The position numbers and the translations under genes are program-made. Shown in pieces: positions 1 to 8,057 of a DNA stretch of 64,000 nucleotides. The DNA is from an uncultured Christensenella sp. (lineage in GTDB: Bacteria > Bacillota > Clostridia > Christensenellales > Borkfalkiaceae). How positions within the stretch are numbered: position 1 is the stretch's first letter; every line of letters begins with the position of its first letter. Under the pieces are notes generated by a model. It ran no database searches. It was not told where the DNA came from and worked only from the letters and a program-made list of their open reading frames with translations. The stretch is from positions 192,112 through 256,111 of the forward strand of contig CAJTUK010000004.1 of NCBI GenBank assembly GCA_910579525.1, given 5' to 3'.

Positions 1-140
1 AATTTTTAATCAAAATATATCTCCGCCCATATGATTACCTGATTTAACGCTAATTATTCAAAACGATAACTTTGTTGAGTACATTATAAAACCTAATTCC
101 TACAATGTCAATAGGAATTAGGTTCTTTTAAAAAATTAAA

Positions 141-1157
141 TTAACGAAGTCTTTCAAAAAAATGATTTTCGGCAAGTTCTTTTTCTATATCGTTTCCCGA
201 GCCCAAAGCGAGCAAAACCTTGGTGGTTGCCATTTCAAAACTTATATCGTATGCCGGTATGCAAGATTGCGCAAGCCCCAATGCACTACCGTAAGTCCGC
301 GCCTTGCTGTCAATTGTAGATATAACTACTTTTATGCCTAAATTTTTACAATAATTAAGAAAATTTTTGAAATTAACTTCTTTACCTGCGGTGCAAACCG
401 TCCCGCTGTGATACAGCTGAACCATAACGGCTTTAGGTTTTATTTCCGTAAAGCGGTAAAAATCAAAGTTTAAAAGTGCGTGCGCCTGAATCGTAACCAT
501 ATCCATGCACAACTTTTGAGACTTGCAAGGTTTACGTTTTTCATAAAGCTGCGCAATAGCGGGATTCAAAGGGTTTTCGTTATAAATGAATTTACCGTCA
601 AGCATCTCTCCGAAATGCACGCCCAGAATACTTTCGTATTCGCCACTGATCTGCGTTGCGGCAATAAGCCTGCTTGCAAGGTGAATTTTACAATTTTGTC
701 CGTAATTCTGAAAACTTACGAATACTCCGCCGTAATCCGCTTGATTAATAAAATCAACTGCTCCGGCAAAATTTTCCAAGCCTTTACTCCGTTCATCGTC
801 AAGCGGATAGAGCGCGGAAACGAAAACTACCGGTAATTCGATATCACAGAAAATTTGACTGAAAAGATTAGCCGTAAAACACAAAGTATCAGTGCCGTGA
901 GTTATTATAACGCCTTTATACCCGTTATTTTTAACCTTTCGCAGACAGCACGCCATAATTTCGAGATCAGAAGGCTGAATATTCTCACTCAAAATATTTA
1001 ACGGCCGATATTCGTCAAATTCAGTATCGTTACCAAAACGTCCACGGTATAATTCAAGCAAAAAACTCTTTTCTTCGTTTCGCAAATCAACCGTATCGCC
1101 ACAAACGCGCGAACCTATCGTTCCGCCCGTAAAAATAACGCAAATTCTGTTTTTCAT
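141..1157 (-). CDS. L-asparaginase family protein (type I-like)
   Basis: 338-aa ORF with the asparaginase/glutaminase signatures TGGTIGS (N-terminus) and ITHGTDTL. Lies immediately downstream of asnS. Confidence 0.75.
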   Translation of the reverse strand: MKNRICVIFTGGTIGSRVCGDTVDLRNEEKSFLLELYRGRFGNDTEFDEYRPLNILSENIQPSDLEIMACCLRKVKNNGYKGVIITHGTDTLCFTANLFSQIFCDIELPVVFVSALYPLDDERSKGLENFAGAVDFINQADYGGVFVSFQNYGQNCKIHLASRLIAATQISGEYESILGVHFGEMLDGKFIYNENPLNPAIAQLYEKRKPCKSQKLCMDMVTIQAHALLNFDFYRFTEIKPKAVMVQLYHSGTVCTAGKEVNFKNFLNYCKNLGIKVVISTIDSKARTYGSALGLAQSCIPAYDISFEMATTKVLLALGSGNDIEKELAENHFFERLR

Positions 1158-1170
1158 AAGTTTTTAAAAA

Positions 1171-2547
1171 TCAAAGACTGCCCACCGTTCTGGGATAAAG
1201 CAATGTATCGCGTATATTCTGAACTCCTGTTATATACATGAGAATTCTCTCGAATCCCAAACCGAAACCGCTGTGCGGAACGCTTCCGAATTTTCTTGTA
1301 TCAAGGTAAGAATTATAAGCGTCAAGCGGCATATTCCGTTTTTGCATTGCATTTTTAAGTTTTTCAAGGTCCGCTTCTCTTTCGCTGCAACCTATAATTT
1401 CACCGATTCCCGGCACAAGCAAATCTGTCGCGGCGACGGTCTTGCCGTCGGGATTTTGCTTCATATAAAACGCTTTTATATCGGCGGGATAGTCGGTTAC
1501 AAACACGGGTTTTTTAAAGTGCTCTTCGGTCAGATACCTCTCATGCTCCGTTTGCAAATCGCAACCCCACTCTACTGGGAACTTAAATTCTTTACCGGAT
1601 TTTTTGAGAATCTCAACCGCGTCGGAGTATTTAAGTTTAACGAAATCGCTTGAAATCACCGCATTAAGTTTTTCAATAAGCCCTTTTTCTGATCGCTCGT
1701 TAAAAAATGTGAGTTCCTCGGGGCAATTCTCTATTACGTCGCGTATAATCGATTTAATAAAATCTTCGGCTATTTCAATTATATCTTGTAAGTCGCAAAA
1801 ACACACTTCGGGTTCTATTTGCCAGAATTCGGCCGCATGCCTTGTAGTATTGCTGTGCTCCGCACGGAAAGTAGGTCCGAACGTATAAATTTTACCTAAT
1901 CCCATAGCGGCGATTTCGCCTTCTAACTGCCCCGACACCGTAAGTCCGGCCTTTGCTCCGAAAAAGTCGTTAGAAAAATATTCCGCTTCGGTTTTTTCTT
2001 TTGCATTCCAAGGTTGCGTGGTCACACGAAACATTTCTCCAGCGCCCTCGCAGTCGCTGCCCGTTATTATAGGAGTATGAACGTATTTGTAACCGTGACT
2101 GTGAAAATACTTGTGTATTGCAAATGAAAGCTCGTTTCTCACTGCAAAAACAGCCTCAAAAAAACGCGTACGCGGTCTCAAATGCGGAATTGTACGCAAA
2201 AATTCAAGTGTGTGATGCTTTTTTTGCAAAGGATAATCTTGAGGACATTCACCCAAAACAATTACATTTTTAACACTAATTTCGAAACCGTTCCGCTCTG
2301 AAGGAACAAAAATTCCCTCTGCCTTTATTGCCGTTCCCGTGGCGAAAGCCGGTTTCAACAGACTTTCGGCTACGACCCCTTTTTCAATTACAAGCTGTAA
2401 ATTTTTAAGACAAGTTCCGTCATTCAATTCTATGAAAGCTATCCCCTTCGAATCACGCCATGTTCTCACCCATCCGCAGACCGTAACGCTTTTATCTTTG
2501 TAAACTTCGGAATTCAAAAACAGTTCTCTTATGTCCGTATGTTTCAT
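1171..2547 (-). CDS. asnS: Asparagine--tRNA ligase
   Basis: 458-aa ORF. Class IIb aaRS motifs FRAEHSNTTRHAAEFWQIEPE and GFGLGFERILMY, with an N-terminal OB-type anticodon-binding region. The pattern fits AsnRS better than AspRS. Confidence 0.9.
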   Translation of the reverse strand: MKHTDIRELFLNSEVYKDKSVTVCGWVRTWRDSKGIAFIELNDGTCLKNLQLVIEKGVVAESLLKPAFATGTAIKAEGIFVPSERNGFEISVKNVIVLGECPQDYPLQKKHHTLEFLRTIPHLRPRTRFFEAVFAVRNELSFAIHKYFHSHGYKYVHTPIITGSDCEGAGEMFRVTTQPWNAKEKTEAEYFSNDFFGAKAGLTVSGQLEGEIAAMGLGKIYTFGPTFRAEHSNTTRHAAEFWQIEPEVCFCDLQDIIEIAEDFIKSIIRDVIENCPEELTFFNERSEKGLIEKLNAVISSDFVKLKYSDAVEILKKSGKEFKFPVEWGCDLQTEHERYLTEEHFKKPVFVTDYPADIKAFYMKQNPDGKTVAATDLLVPGIGEIIGCSEREADLEKLKNAMQKRNMPLDAYNSYLDTRKFGSVPHSGFGLGFERILMYITGVQNIRDTLLYPRTVGSL

Positions 2548-2564
2548 ATTTACCTCTTTAAATG

Positions 2565-2594
2565 CAAAAATACGGACCGCCGTAAGGCAGTCCG
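2565..2594 (-). terminator. Rho-independent terminator after rpmF
   Basis: On the minus-strand RNA: 9-bp stem CGGACUGCC/GGCGGUCCG (one G-U), UUAC loop, then UAUUUUUG, a few nt after the rpmF stop. Confidence 0.6.
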
Positions 2595-2602
2595 CAGATT
2601 TG

Positions 2603-2794
2603 TTAATTTGCTTTCTTTTCGTCCTTGGACACTACTTCGACTTTATCGTAGTAGCCGCAATTCCCGCAAACTTTATGAGCCTCTTTCAATTCATGACAAT
2701 GAGGACATTCAACGAGCGTAGGAGCCGTTGCCTTGTAGTTTGCAAACCTTTTATTAGTTCTGCTTTTGGACTGTTTGCCCTTGGGTACTGCCAT
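2603..2794 (-). CDS. rpmF: 50S ribosomal protein L32
   Basis: 63-aa ORF starting MAVPKGKQSKSRTNKR, with zinc-ribbon cysteines CPHC...CGNCG. Conserved DUF177-rpmF gene pair. Confidence 0.95.
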   Translation of the reverse strand: MAVPKGKQSKSRTNKRFANYKATAPTLVECPHCHELKEAHKVCGNCGYYDKVEVVSKDEKKAN

Positions 2795-2816
2795 CTTTTA
2801 CACCTCTTTTTATAAT

Positions 2817-3221
2817 TTATTTAGGTACGTCAATACCCGTGCAGTCTTCTTTACATAGTAAAACGCTGGGCTGACTTATAAGTATTGCATCATCCACGGC
2901 GGTTTTAAGATTAATTCTTATGCCGTCGTAAAAATAATTATCGCCGTCATGCTCGGGAACAAAAAGTATATCCGACGTGAATTCGGTAAGCTTTTGAGCA
3001 TCTTTTAAGCAATAAGAGCAGTGTCCCGAAATTCTGTAACTTACCGTGAGTCTTACCCCCACGCAATCGTCATCATAAATTTCGTATTCACCCGAAACCT
3101 TAACCGCACCCGAAATCTCACTCAACGGCACCAAACAAAGATTATTTTCAGGCAAATATTCAAACTGAAAGTTCCCCGTGTATTTTTTTAGCGCGTTAAG
3201 CTTTTTTACTTCAATTTCCAT
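2817..3221 (-). CDS. YceD/DUF177 family protein
   Basis: 134-aa acidic ORF directly upstream of rpmF, the classic DUF177-rpmF arrangement. C-terminal Cys residues typical of the family. Confidence 0.75.
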   Translation of the reverse strand: MEIEVKKLNALKKYTGNFQFEYLPENNLCLVPLSEISGAVKVSGEYEIYDDDCVGVRLTVSYRISGHCSYCLKDAQKLTEFTSDILFVPEHDGDNYFYDGIRINLKTAVDDAILISQPSVLLCKEDCTGIDVPK

Positions 3222-3239
3222 AATGTAGCTGACCTTAAG

Positions 3240-3269
3240 ATTATAATATAGTTAAAAAACCTTTGTCAA
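3240..3269 (-). promoter_or_regulatory. Sigma-70-type promoter for the DUF177-rpmF operon
   Basis: Minus strand reads TTGACA, 18-nt spacer, TATAAT, ending about 20 nt upstream of the DUF177 start codon. Confidence 0.5.
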
Positions 3270-3296
3270 CTCATTTTTACGGCGCAAAAATAAATT

Positions 3297-4493
3297 TTAT
3301 AAAAGTTCAGCCGTTTCCCTGGCGATAACGAGTTCTTCATTCGTCGGAATTACTAAAACTTTAACTTTGGAATTGTTTTTGGAAATCTCGCGAATATTCC
3401 CGTCGTTTTTAGCTTTATTCGCCCGTGAATTGAACTTAACGCCAATGAATTCGAGCCCTTTGCACACATTTTCACGCACATAAGGCGTATTTTCACCTAT
3501 TCCGGCGGTAAACACAATACAGTCAAGTCCGCCCATAGCCGCAGCGTAGGCGCCAACGAATTTTTTAACCTGATAAGAGAACATATCCAGCGCAAGAACG
3601 CATCTTTCATTCCCTTTCTTCATTCCCGATTCGAGATCTCTGAAATCGCTCGAAACTCCCGAGATTCCGGCAACACCGCACTTTTTATTGAGATATGTAA
3701 CAGTGTCGGCGTGAGAAAGCCCTTTTTTCCTTGCAAGGAATTCAACCGCAGAGGCGTCTATGTCGCCTGAACGCGTTCCCATAAGCACGCCGGCAAGCGG
3801 AGTAAATCCCATAGAGGTATCAACGCACTTGCCGCCGTCCACAGCGGAAATAGAAGAGCCGTTGCCAAGATGGCATGTTACTATTTTCAAATCTTCGGGA
3901 TTTTTTCCAAGGTATTTTGCCGCTTCGGCAGATACAAACTTATGACTGGTACCATGTGCGCCGTATTTTCTTACTCCGAATTCCTTATAATCGTTATAAT
4001 CTATACCGTAAAGGTACGCCTTGGGAGGCATAGTTGCATGGAACGAAGAATCAAACACGAGCGCCATGGGCGTACCGGGCATAACTTCCATACATGCCCT
4101 TAATCCGGTGGCTGCCGCAGGATTGTGCAAAGGAGCAAGTTCAAACGTCTTTTCTTCAAGAGTTTTGAGGACTTCGGGCGTGACAAGCGTGGTCTTTTTA
4201 AAATATTCACCGCTCGCAACTATTCTGTGTCCCACAGCGTCTATTTCTTTCATTGACTTAATAACGCCGATTTCTTCGTCCAAAAGCGCGTCAAGTACCA
4301 GTTTTATAGCTTCTTTATGGTCGGGCATGCTCTGTTTATAAATTTTCTCGCCGCCGTTCCCTTTAGCTTTTAATAGCGAACCGCGTATTCCTATGCGTTC
4401 GCATCCGCCCTTTGCCAATACTTTTTCAGTTTCCATATCAATAAGCTGATATTTGAGCGAAGAACTACCTGCGTTTACTACTAAAATTTTCAT
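3297..4493 (-). CDS. ackA: Acetate kinase
   Basis: 398-aa ORF. N-terminus MKILVVNAGSSSLKYQL, plus HRIVASGE, GAHGTSH and TCHLGNGSS motifs of acetate/propionate kinases. Confidence 0.95.
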   Translation of the reverse strand: MKILVVNAGSSSLKYQLIDMETEKVLAKGGCERIGIRGSLLKAKGNGGEKIYKQSMPDHKEAIKLVLDALLDEEIGVIKSMKEIDAVGHRIVASGEYFKKTTLVTPEVLKTLEEKTFELAPLHNPAAATGLRACMEVMPGTPMALVFDSSFHATMPPKAYLYGIDYNDYKEFGVRKYGAHGTSHKFVSAEAAKYLGKNPEDLKIVTCHLGNGSSISAVDGGKCVDTSMGFTPLAGVLMGTRSGDIDASAVEFLARKKGLSHADTVTYLNKKCGVAGISGVSSDFRDLESGMKKGNERCVLALDMFSYQVKKFVGAYAAAMGGLDCIVFTAGIGENTPYVRENVCKGLEFIGVKFNSRANKAKNDGNIREISKNNSKVKVLVIPTNEELVIARETAELL

Positions 4494-4512
4494 ATTTATT
4501 CTCCCTTAATTT

Positions 4513-5517
4513 TTATTCTGCCTGTAATGCGGTAACAGCAACGGTTGCCACGATATCTTCAACATTGCAACCGCGAGATAAATCGTTCAAAGGTTTTGCA
4601 AATCCCTGACAAATGGGACCTACCGCCATATACCCGCCAAAGCGTTGCGCTATTTTGTAACCGATGTTACCCGCGTTAATATTGGGGAAAACGAAAACGT
4701 TTGCATGCCCCGCAACTTTAGAACCGGGAGCTTTGAGTTGCCCGACTTCGGGAGCAACCGCCGCGTCAAACTGGAATTCGCCGTCAAGCGCGAGATTAGG
4801 AGCCGCCGCTTTTGCAAGAACCGTAGCTTGCTGAACTTTAGGAACTGTTTGCGTGAATTTATCGTCGTTTCCGCTACCTTTCGTCGAAAACGAAAGCATA
4901 GCGACTCTCGGTTCGATTCCTGCTATATCTTTTGCCGTTTTTGCCGAAGAAACGGCTATATCGGCGAGTTGTTCCGCGGTAGGTTCGATATTAATCGCGC
5001 AGTCGCCGAAAACGGCAACACCGTCAGGGTTATAAGGATTTGATTTGTCGGGAGCAATCATAATAAAACAACTCGAAACGGTTTTGATTCCTGGAGCGGT
5101 TTTAACAACTTGTAATCCGGGGCGCAGAGTGTTCGCCGTAGAATGGCACGCGCCCGAAACGTAGCCGTCCACATCGCCAGCTTTAAGCATAAGCGCACCG
5201 AACATCGTCCTGTCTTTAGCTTGTTCGCTTGCCTGCTCCTCCGTCATACCTTTAGACTTTCTGGCTTCGTAAAGTATTTTCGCATACTCCGCGGTTTTGG
5301 AAGAAGTAAGCGGATCCACAAGCGTCACTCCCGTCAAATCCACATCAGGCGCAACTTTTTTACATTCATTCTCGTTACCGATAAGCACGATTTTGGCAAT
5401 ACCTTCTTTAGTTATGCGCGCCGCAGCTTCCACCACGCGCTTGTCCTCCCCCTCGCAAAGAACTATAGTCTTTTTTCTGGCGGCGGCTTTCATTTTTATT
5501 TCTTCCAATAATGACAT
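4513..5517 (-). CDS. pta: Phosphate acetyltransferase
   Basis: 334-aa ORF with full-length similarity to short-form Pta (GDxxRVVEAA, SGAxHSTAxT, DCAINIxP, NIGYK motifs). Forms a pta-ackA operon. Confidence 0.93.
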   Translation of the reverse strand: MSLLEEIKMKAAARKKTIVLCEGEDKRVVEAAARITKEGIAKIVLIGNENECKKVAPDVDLTGVTLVDPLTSSKTAEYAKILYEARKSKGMTEEQASEQAKDRTMFGALMLKAGDVDGYVSGACHSTANTLRPGLQVVKTAPGIKTVSSCFIMIAPDKSNPYNPDGVAVFGDCAINIEPTAEQLADIAVSSAKTAKDIAGIEPRVAMLSFSTKGSGNDDKFTQTVPKVQQATVLAKAAAPNLALDGEFQFDAAVAPEVGQLKAPGSKVAGHANVFVFPNINAGNIGYKIAQRFGGYMAVGPICQGFAKPLNDLSRGCNVEDIVATVAVTALQAE

Positions 5518-5592
5518 TCCGTTTTCTCCTTAAAACACTTTATTTTTAACAAAAACCGTTATATAATTATAAAAACGGTTGCAAACGCAATC

Positions 5593-5621
5593 ATTATATA
5601 CCGATTTTTTTTGATTGTAAA
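5593..5621 (-). promoter_or_regulatory. Sigma-70-type promoter of pta-ackA
   Basis: Minus strand reads TTTACA, 17-nt spacer, TATAAT, about 75 nt upstream of the pta ATG. Shows that host DNA extends at least to ~5625. Confidence 0.5.
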
Positions 5622-5783
5622 GGGCTAAAATGAAAATTTGCGCAATAATTTGTGAATTAAAACTAAAATCACCTTGCAACATTTATAGGCACTAAACATC
5701 ACTTGTACAGTAGGATTGAATAGTAAAAAATCACTTATTATCACCTACAAACACCAACCATTTCTTGCCGATACTTGTGCGGC

Positions 5784-5805
5784 GTGGACAAATCGTGGAC
5801 AAATC
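5784..5805 (+). repeat. Tandem direct 11-mer GTGGACAAATC x2
   Basis: Two exact, adjacent copies in the non-coding junction region. Candidate recombinase arm-type or regulator binding sites. Confidence 0.5.
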
Positions 5806-5853
5806 TATTGAATTAACACATAAATGTTAAAAATCTCAGCCCTATTGGTAGTA

Positions 5854-5882
5854 TTGACAAGAAAATATTTCTTTGCTATACT
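5854..5882 (+). promoter_or_regulatory. Sigma-70-type promoter (extended -10)
   Basis: TTGACA (5854-5859), 17-nt spacer, TGcTATACT (-10 at 5877-5882). An AGGAG RBS and the ATG at 5933 follow. Confidence 0.6.
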
Positions 5883-5932
5883 ATATAATAATGTGAAGTA
5901 TTTAAGACTGCACAAAAAGGAGAAAATTTAAT

Positions 5933-6610
5933 ATGACATTGGCACTCATTGTGCTTGTGGTCTTCTTGATTGTGTGGTTCAACCAATCCGCAAAGATCAA
6001 GGGCAACAAACACACTCACAGGAAGCGCACCATCACAAATGTTCCGTTGCAAGATGAGCTTGGTGCAAAAAACTTCAAAAAAATAATTGACGACTTAAGC
6101 GCTCTGCCATCGTCTAATACGTTGTCTGGTGATAGCTTAATGGATGCAATCGAAAGCTTGTATCAAGAGTACGACCTGCCGGACAGACGCACACCAGAAC
6201 AGAGAACTACGGACAGGGCAAAGTATTTGGCGACTATCTCATCTGCAAGAGAGGATGAAGAATATCCTATGGATGACTCAAAACTCCCTCTTATTGATAG
6301 AATTTGGCATTACCCTTTTGATGCGCCGCTTATAGACCGCCCAGACCTTCTCGTTGGCATTCCAAACACAATCATTGAGGTTGACGGCATTAAATATAAA
6401 TATGACCACCGCGGCATTCCTACGAACTTGTATCAGTCGATACCCGCTAAGCTCGTCGGAGACTTAAAGGTTCTTCTTACAATGCGAGAACTTGACGCGG
6501 CTGGATACAAATATAGTTGGAACAGACAAGCAGCAAATTGGCAGCGCGCCGAAATAGCTGCTGAGCAATATAAAGAAACGAAGAAAAAATACCCGTGGCT
6601 TTATAGATAA
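5933..6610 (+). CDS. Membrane-anchored hypothetical protein (prophage-edge gene)
   Basis: 225-aa ORF with a good RBS. N-terminal hydrophobic helix TLALIVLVVFLIVWF followed by a basic stretch. No motif recognised. Confidence 0.6.
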   Translation: MTLALIVLVVFLIVWFNQSAKIKGNKHTHRKRTITNVPLQDELGAKNFKKIIDDLSALPSSNTLSGDSLMDAIESLYQEYDLPDRRTPEQRTTDRAKYLATISSAREDEEYPMDDSKLPLIDRIWHYPFDAPLIDRPDLLVGIPNTIIEVDGIKYKYDHRGIPTNLYQSIPAKLVGDLKVLLTMRELDAAGYKYSWNRQAANWQRAEIAAEQYKETKKKYPWLYR

Positions 6611-6611
6611 A

Positions 6612-6803
6612 TCAATCGCAGTGTTTAGGGTTGCATCCCATCGCAACCCTCATTGCGTCGGTCATTATCTTCCACTCATCTTCGCTAATCAGAATAGCCT
6701 TGCCTGAGTTGGTTTGTATTGCATAGAAATTTTCTCCCATCGACGCATTATTGATAAAGTCGTCGGCGCGGTCAAGGAACTCATTCAATTTTAACTCTTT
6801 CAT
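6612..6803 (-). CDS. Small Phd/YefM-antitoxin-like protein (possible regulator)
   Basis: 63 aa counted from the ATG at 6803, which has a GAGGTG SD. The ORF-track start at 6815 has no SD. The sequence ...NSGKAILISEDEWKIMTDAMRV resembles the Phd/YefM strand-helix core. Has its own promoter. Confidence 0.45.
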   Translation of the reverse strand: MKELKLNEFLDRADDFINNASMGENFYAIQTNSGKAILISEDEWKIMTDAMRVAMGCNPKHCD

Positions 6804-6831
6804 ATGGCACCTCATTGGAAATTATATATAC

Positions 6832-6860
6832 ATTATATAATAAGTGAGCGCCAAAGGCAA
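6832..6860 (-). promoter_or_regulatory. Sigma-70-type promoter for the 63-aa gene
   Basis: Minus strand reads TTGCCT, 17-nt spacer, TATAAT. Divergent from the early promoter at 6943. Confidence 0.5.
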
Positions 6861-6942
6861 GACAAAAGCAGCCGTATTAGAAAATGTAATTGAAAACGGC
6901 AAAAATGTAAAAAAAATTTTTAAGAAAATCGTCAAAAATCTC

Positions 6943-6971
6943 TTGACATTTTCTTTTTACTATGCTATTAT
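6943..6971 (+). promoter_or_regulatory. Early rightward sigma-70-type promoter (extended -10)
   Basis: TTGACA (6943-6948), 17-nt spacer, TGcTATTAT (-10 at 6966-6971). Confidence 0.6.
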
Positions 6972-6989
6972 AAAACATATTTAGACACA
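6966..6989 (+). promoter_or_regulatory. Conserved element copy A (TATTATAAAACATATTTAGACACA)
   Basis: Exact 24-mer also present at 10102-10125. Contains the core ACATATTTAGACAC shared by four sites. Confidence 0.6.
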
Positions 6990-7039
6990 TAATAGGATAA
7001 GTGCCGCCATTTTACAGATGCGGCTTACTTAATAAATAA

Positions 7040-7060
7040 TATACGACATATTTAGACACA
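7040..7060 (+). promoter_or_regulatory. Conserved element copy B (TATACGACATATTTAGACACA)
   Basis: The 20-mer TATACGACATATTTAGACAC is identical to the minus-strand copy at 61614-61633. Ends 12 nt before the ATG at 7073. Confidence 0.6.
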
Positions 7061-7072
7061 ACGGAGAGAACT

Positions 7073-7159
7073 ATGATTTACTTTATGTTAGGTCTTATGT
7101 GTGGGGCTTTGCTTGCCCTACTATACATAGATGGCGATCAAAGACCGCCAAGATATTAA
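7073..7159 (+). CDS. Small hydrophobic peptide (28 aa)
   Basis: ATG at 7073 preceded by a GGAGAG SD. Sequence MIYFMLGLMCGALLALLYIDGDQRPPRY. A better gene model than the 7099-7311 track ORF, which has no SD. Confidence 0.4.
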   Translation: MIYFMLGLMCGALLALLYIDGDQRPPRY

Positions 7160-7173
7160 ATACGGAGGGAACT

Positions 7174-7311
7174 ATGTTAACCACTTGCATCATCATTGCT
7201 GCTTGGACAACAGGTATGCCACTTTGGGCATCAATCACCATGACGGTAATTGCCAGCATACGATTTGTATTCAAATGTATCGGCACGGGCATTAAGCTAA
7301 GCGACAATTAA
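7174..7311 (+). CDS. Small hydrophobic protein (45 aa)
   Basis: ATG at 7174 preceded by a GGAGGGA SD. Sequence MLTTCIIIAAWTTGMPLWASITMTVIASIRFVF..., predicted to have two TM segments. Confidence 0.45.
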   Translation: MLTTCIIIAAWTTGMPLWASITMTVIASIRFVFKCIGTGIKLSDN

Positions 7312-7348
7312 ATTTGAATAAAACTGATATTTTATTGAGGTAAAAAAT

Positions 7349-7603
7349 ATGGACAAAAAGTTAACTTGCCCATTTTGTGGCAAAGAAGCAAGAATTGTAG
7401 TCTGTGACGACGAAGGCAACATTCATCCAGACGAGTACGAAGACGATCCTTGGAGCGGTTTAGGCTATATGTTAGTCCACGAAGAACAAGACGACGTGAA
7501 ATGTCCCATTGCCACAGAGCCAGACGAGCCGTTAGGTCGTTTAATTTATGACTCTCGTGAGGAAGCCGCTGCTATGTGGGACACAAGGGTTCCAACACCA
7601 TAA
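7349..7603 (+). CDS. Lar-family restriction-alleviation-like zinc-ribbon protein
   Basis: 84 aa. N-terminal CPFCG knuckle, a second KCP element, and a C-terminal SREEAAAMWDTR resembling the Lar-family xEAIxAWNRR tail. Confidence 0.5.
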   Translation: MDKKLTCPFCGKEARIVVCDDEGNIHPDEYEDDPWSGLGYMLVHEEQDDVKCPIATEPDEPLGRLIYDSREEAAAMWDTRVPTP

Positions 7604-7622
7604 AGAGCGAGGTACACAATCA

Positions 7623-8057
7623 ATGGATAAACAGGAATTATTAAATAAAAAGTCCGAGCTTGAAAAAGAACTTAGCCAGATCAACAAAGAACTGTGGGAT
7701 TACGACGTCAAACAGCTCGCAGAACAATATAAAGATAAATTCTCTTGTGAGTTCTGCCGCTACAATGCAGTACGCGGGTTCTCTGGTGACGGATGGCACA
7801 ATATGTGCTGCGCTGATAACTGCACTTGTTGCCACAGTTACTGCGACAAGTACAAACCAGATAACGCAGCGACACTTAAAATCAAACAATCTGGCAAGCA
7901 AGACGCTTTATTAAGACCGAAGAGCACGAACGGCTACGGTCAAATCGGCGAAGACGACAAGGACGCACTCGAAGAGCTTGGAGCAAGAATATTTGCCGAT
8001 GAGCCAACAGGGTACACAATGAAAATGCTTGACTTATATTTGGAGAGCTGTAAATGA
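7623..8057 (+). CDS. Hypothetical coiled-coil / Cys-rich protein
   Basis: Taken from the in-frame ATG at 7623, because the track start at 7548 overlaps the previous gene. Cys cluster CEFCRY...CCADNCTCCHSYC. Confidence 0.5.
   Translation: MDKQELLNKKSELEKELSQINKELWDYDVKQLAEQYKDKFSCEFCRYNAVRGFSGDGWHNMCCADNCTCCHSYCDKYKPDNAATLKIKQSGKQDALLRPKSTNGYGQIGEDDKDALEELGARIFADEPTGYTMKMLDLYLESCK

Noticed and set aside
141-5517. asnS, rpmF, ackA and pta as phage auxiliary genes
   Set aside because: These are canonical housekeeping operons with their own sigma-70 promoters and terminator. They are oriented away from the phage and separated from it by a non-coding junction.
6995-7032. Hairpin between element copies A and B as an intrinsic terminator
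   Set aside because: The stem is imperfect (a 2-nt bulge) and is followed by an A-rich rather than a U-rich tract. Noted only as part of the regulatory region.
7040-7059. Resemblance of TATACGAC... to the T7 promoter TAATACGACTCACTATAG
   Set aside because: Only the ATACGAC heptamer matches, and no T7-like RNAP is present. Treated as coincidence.
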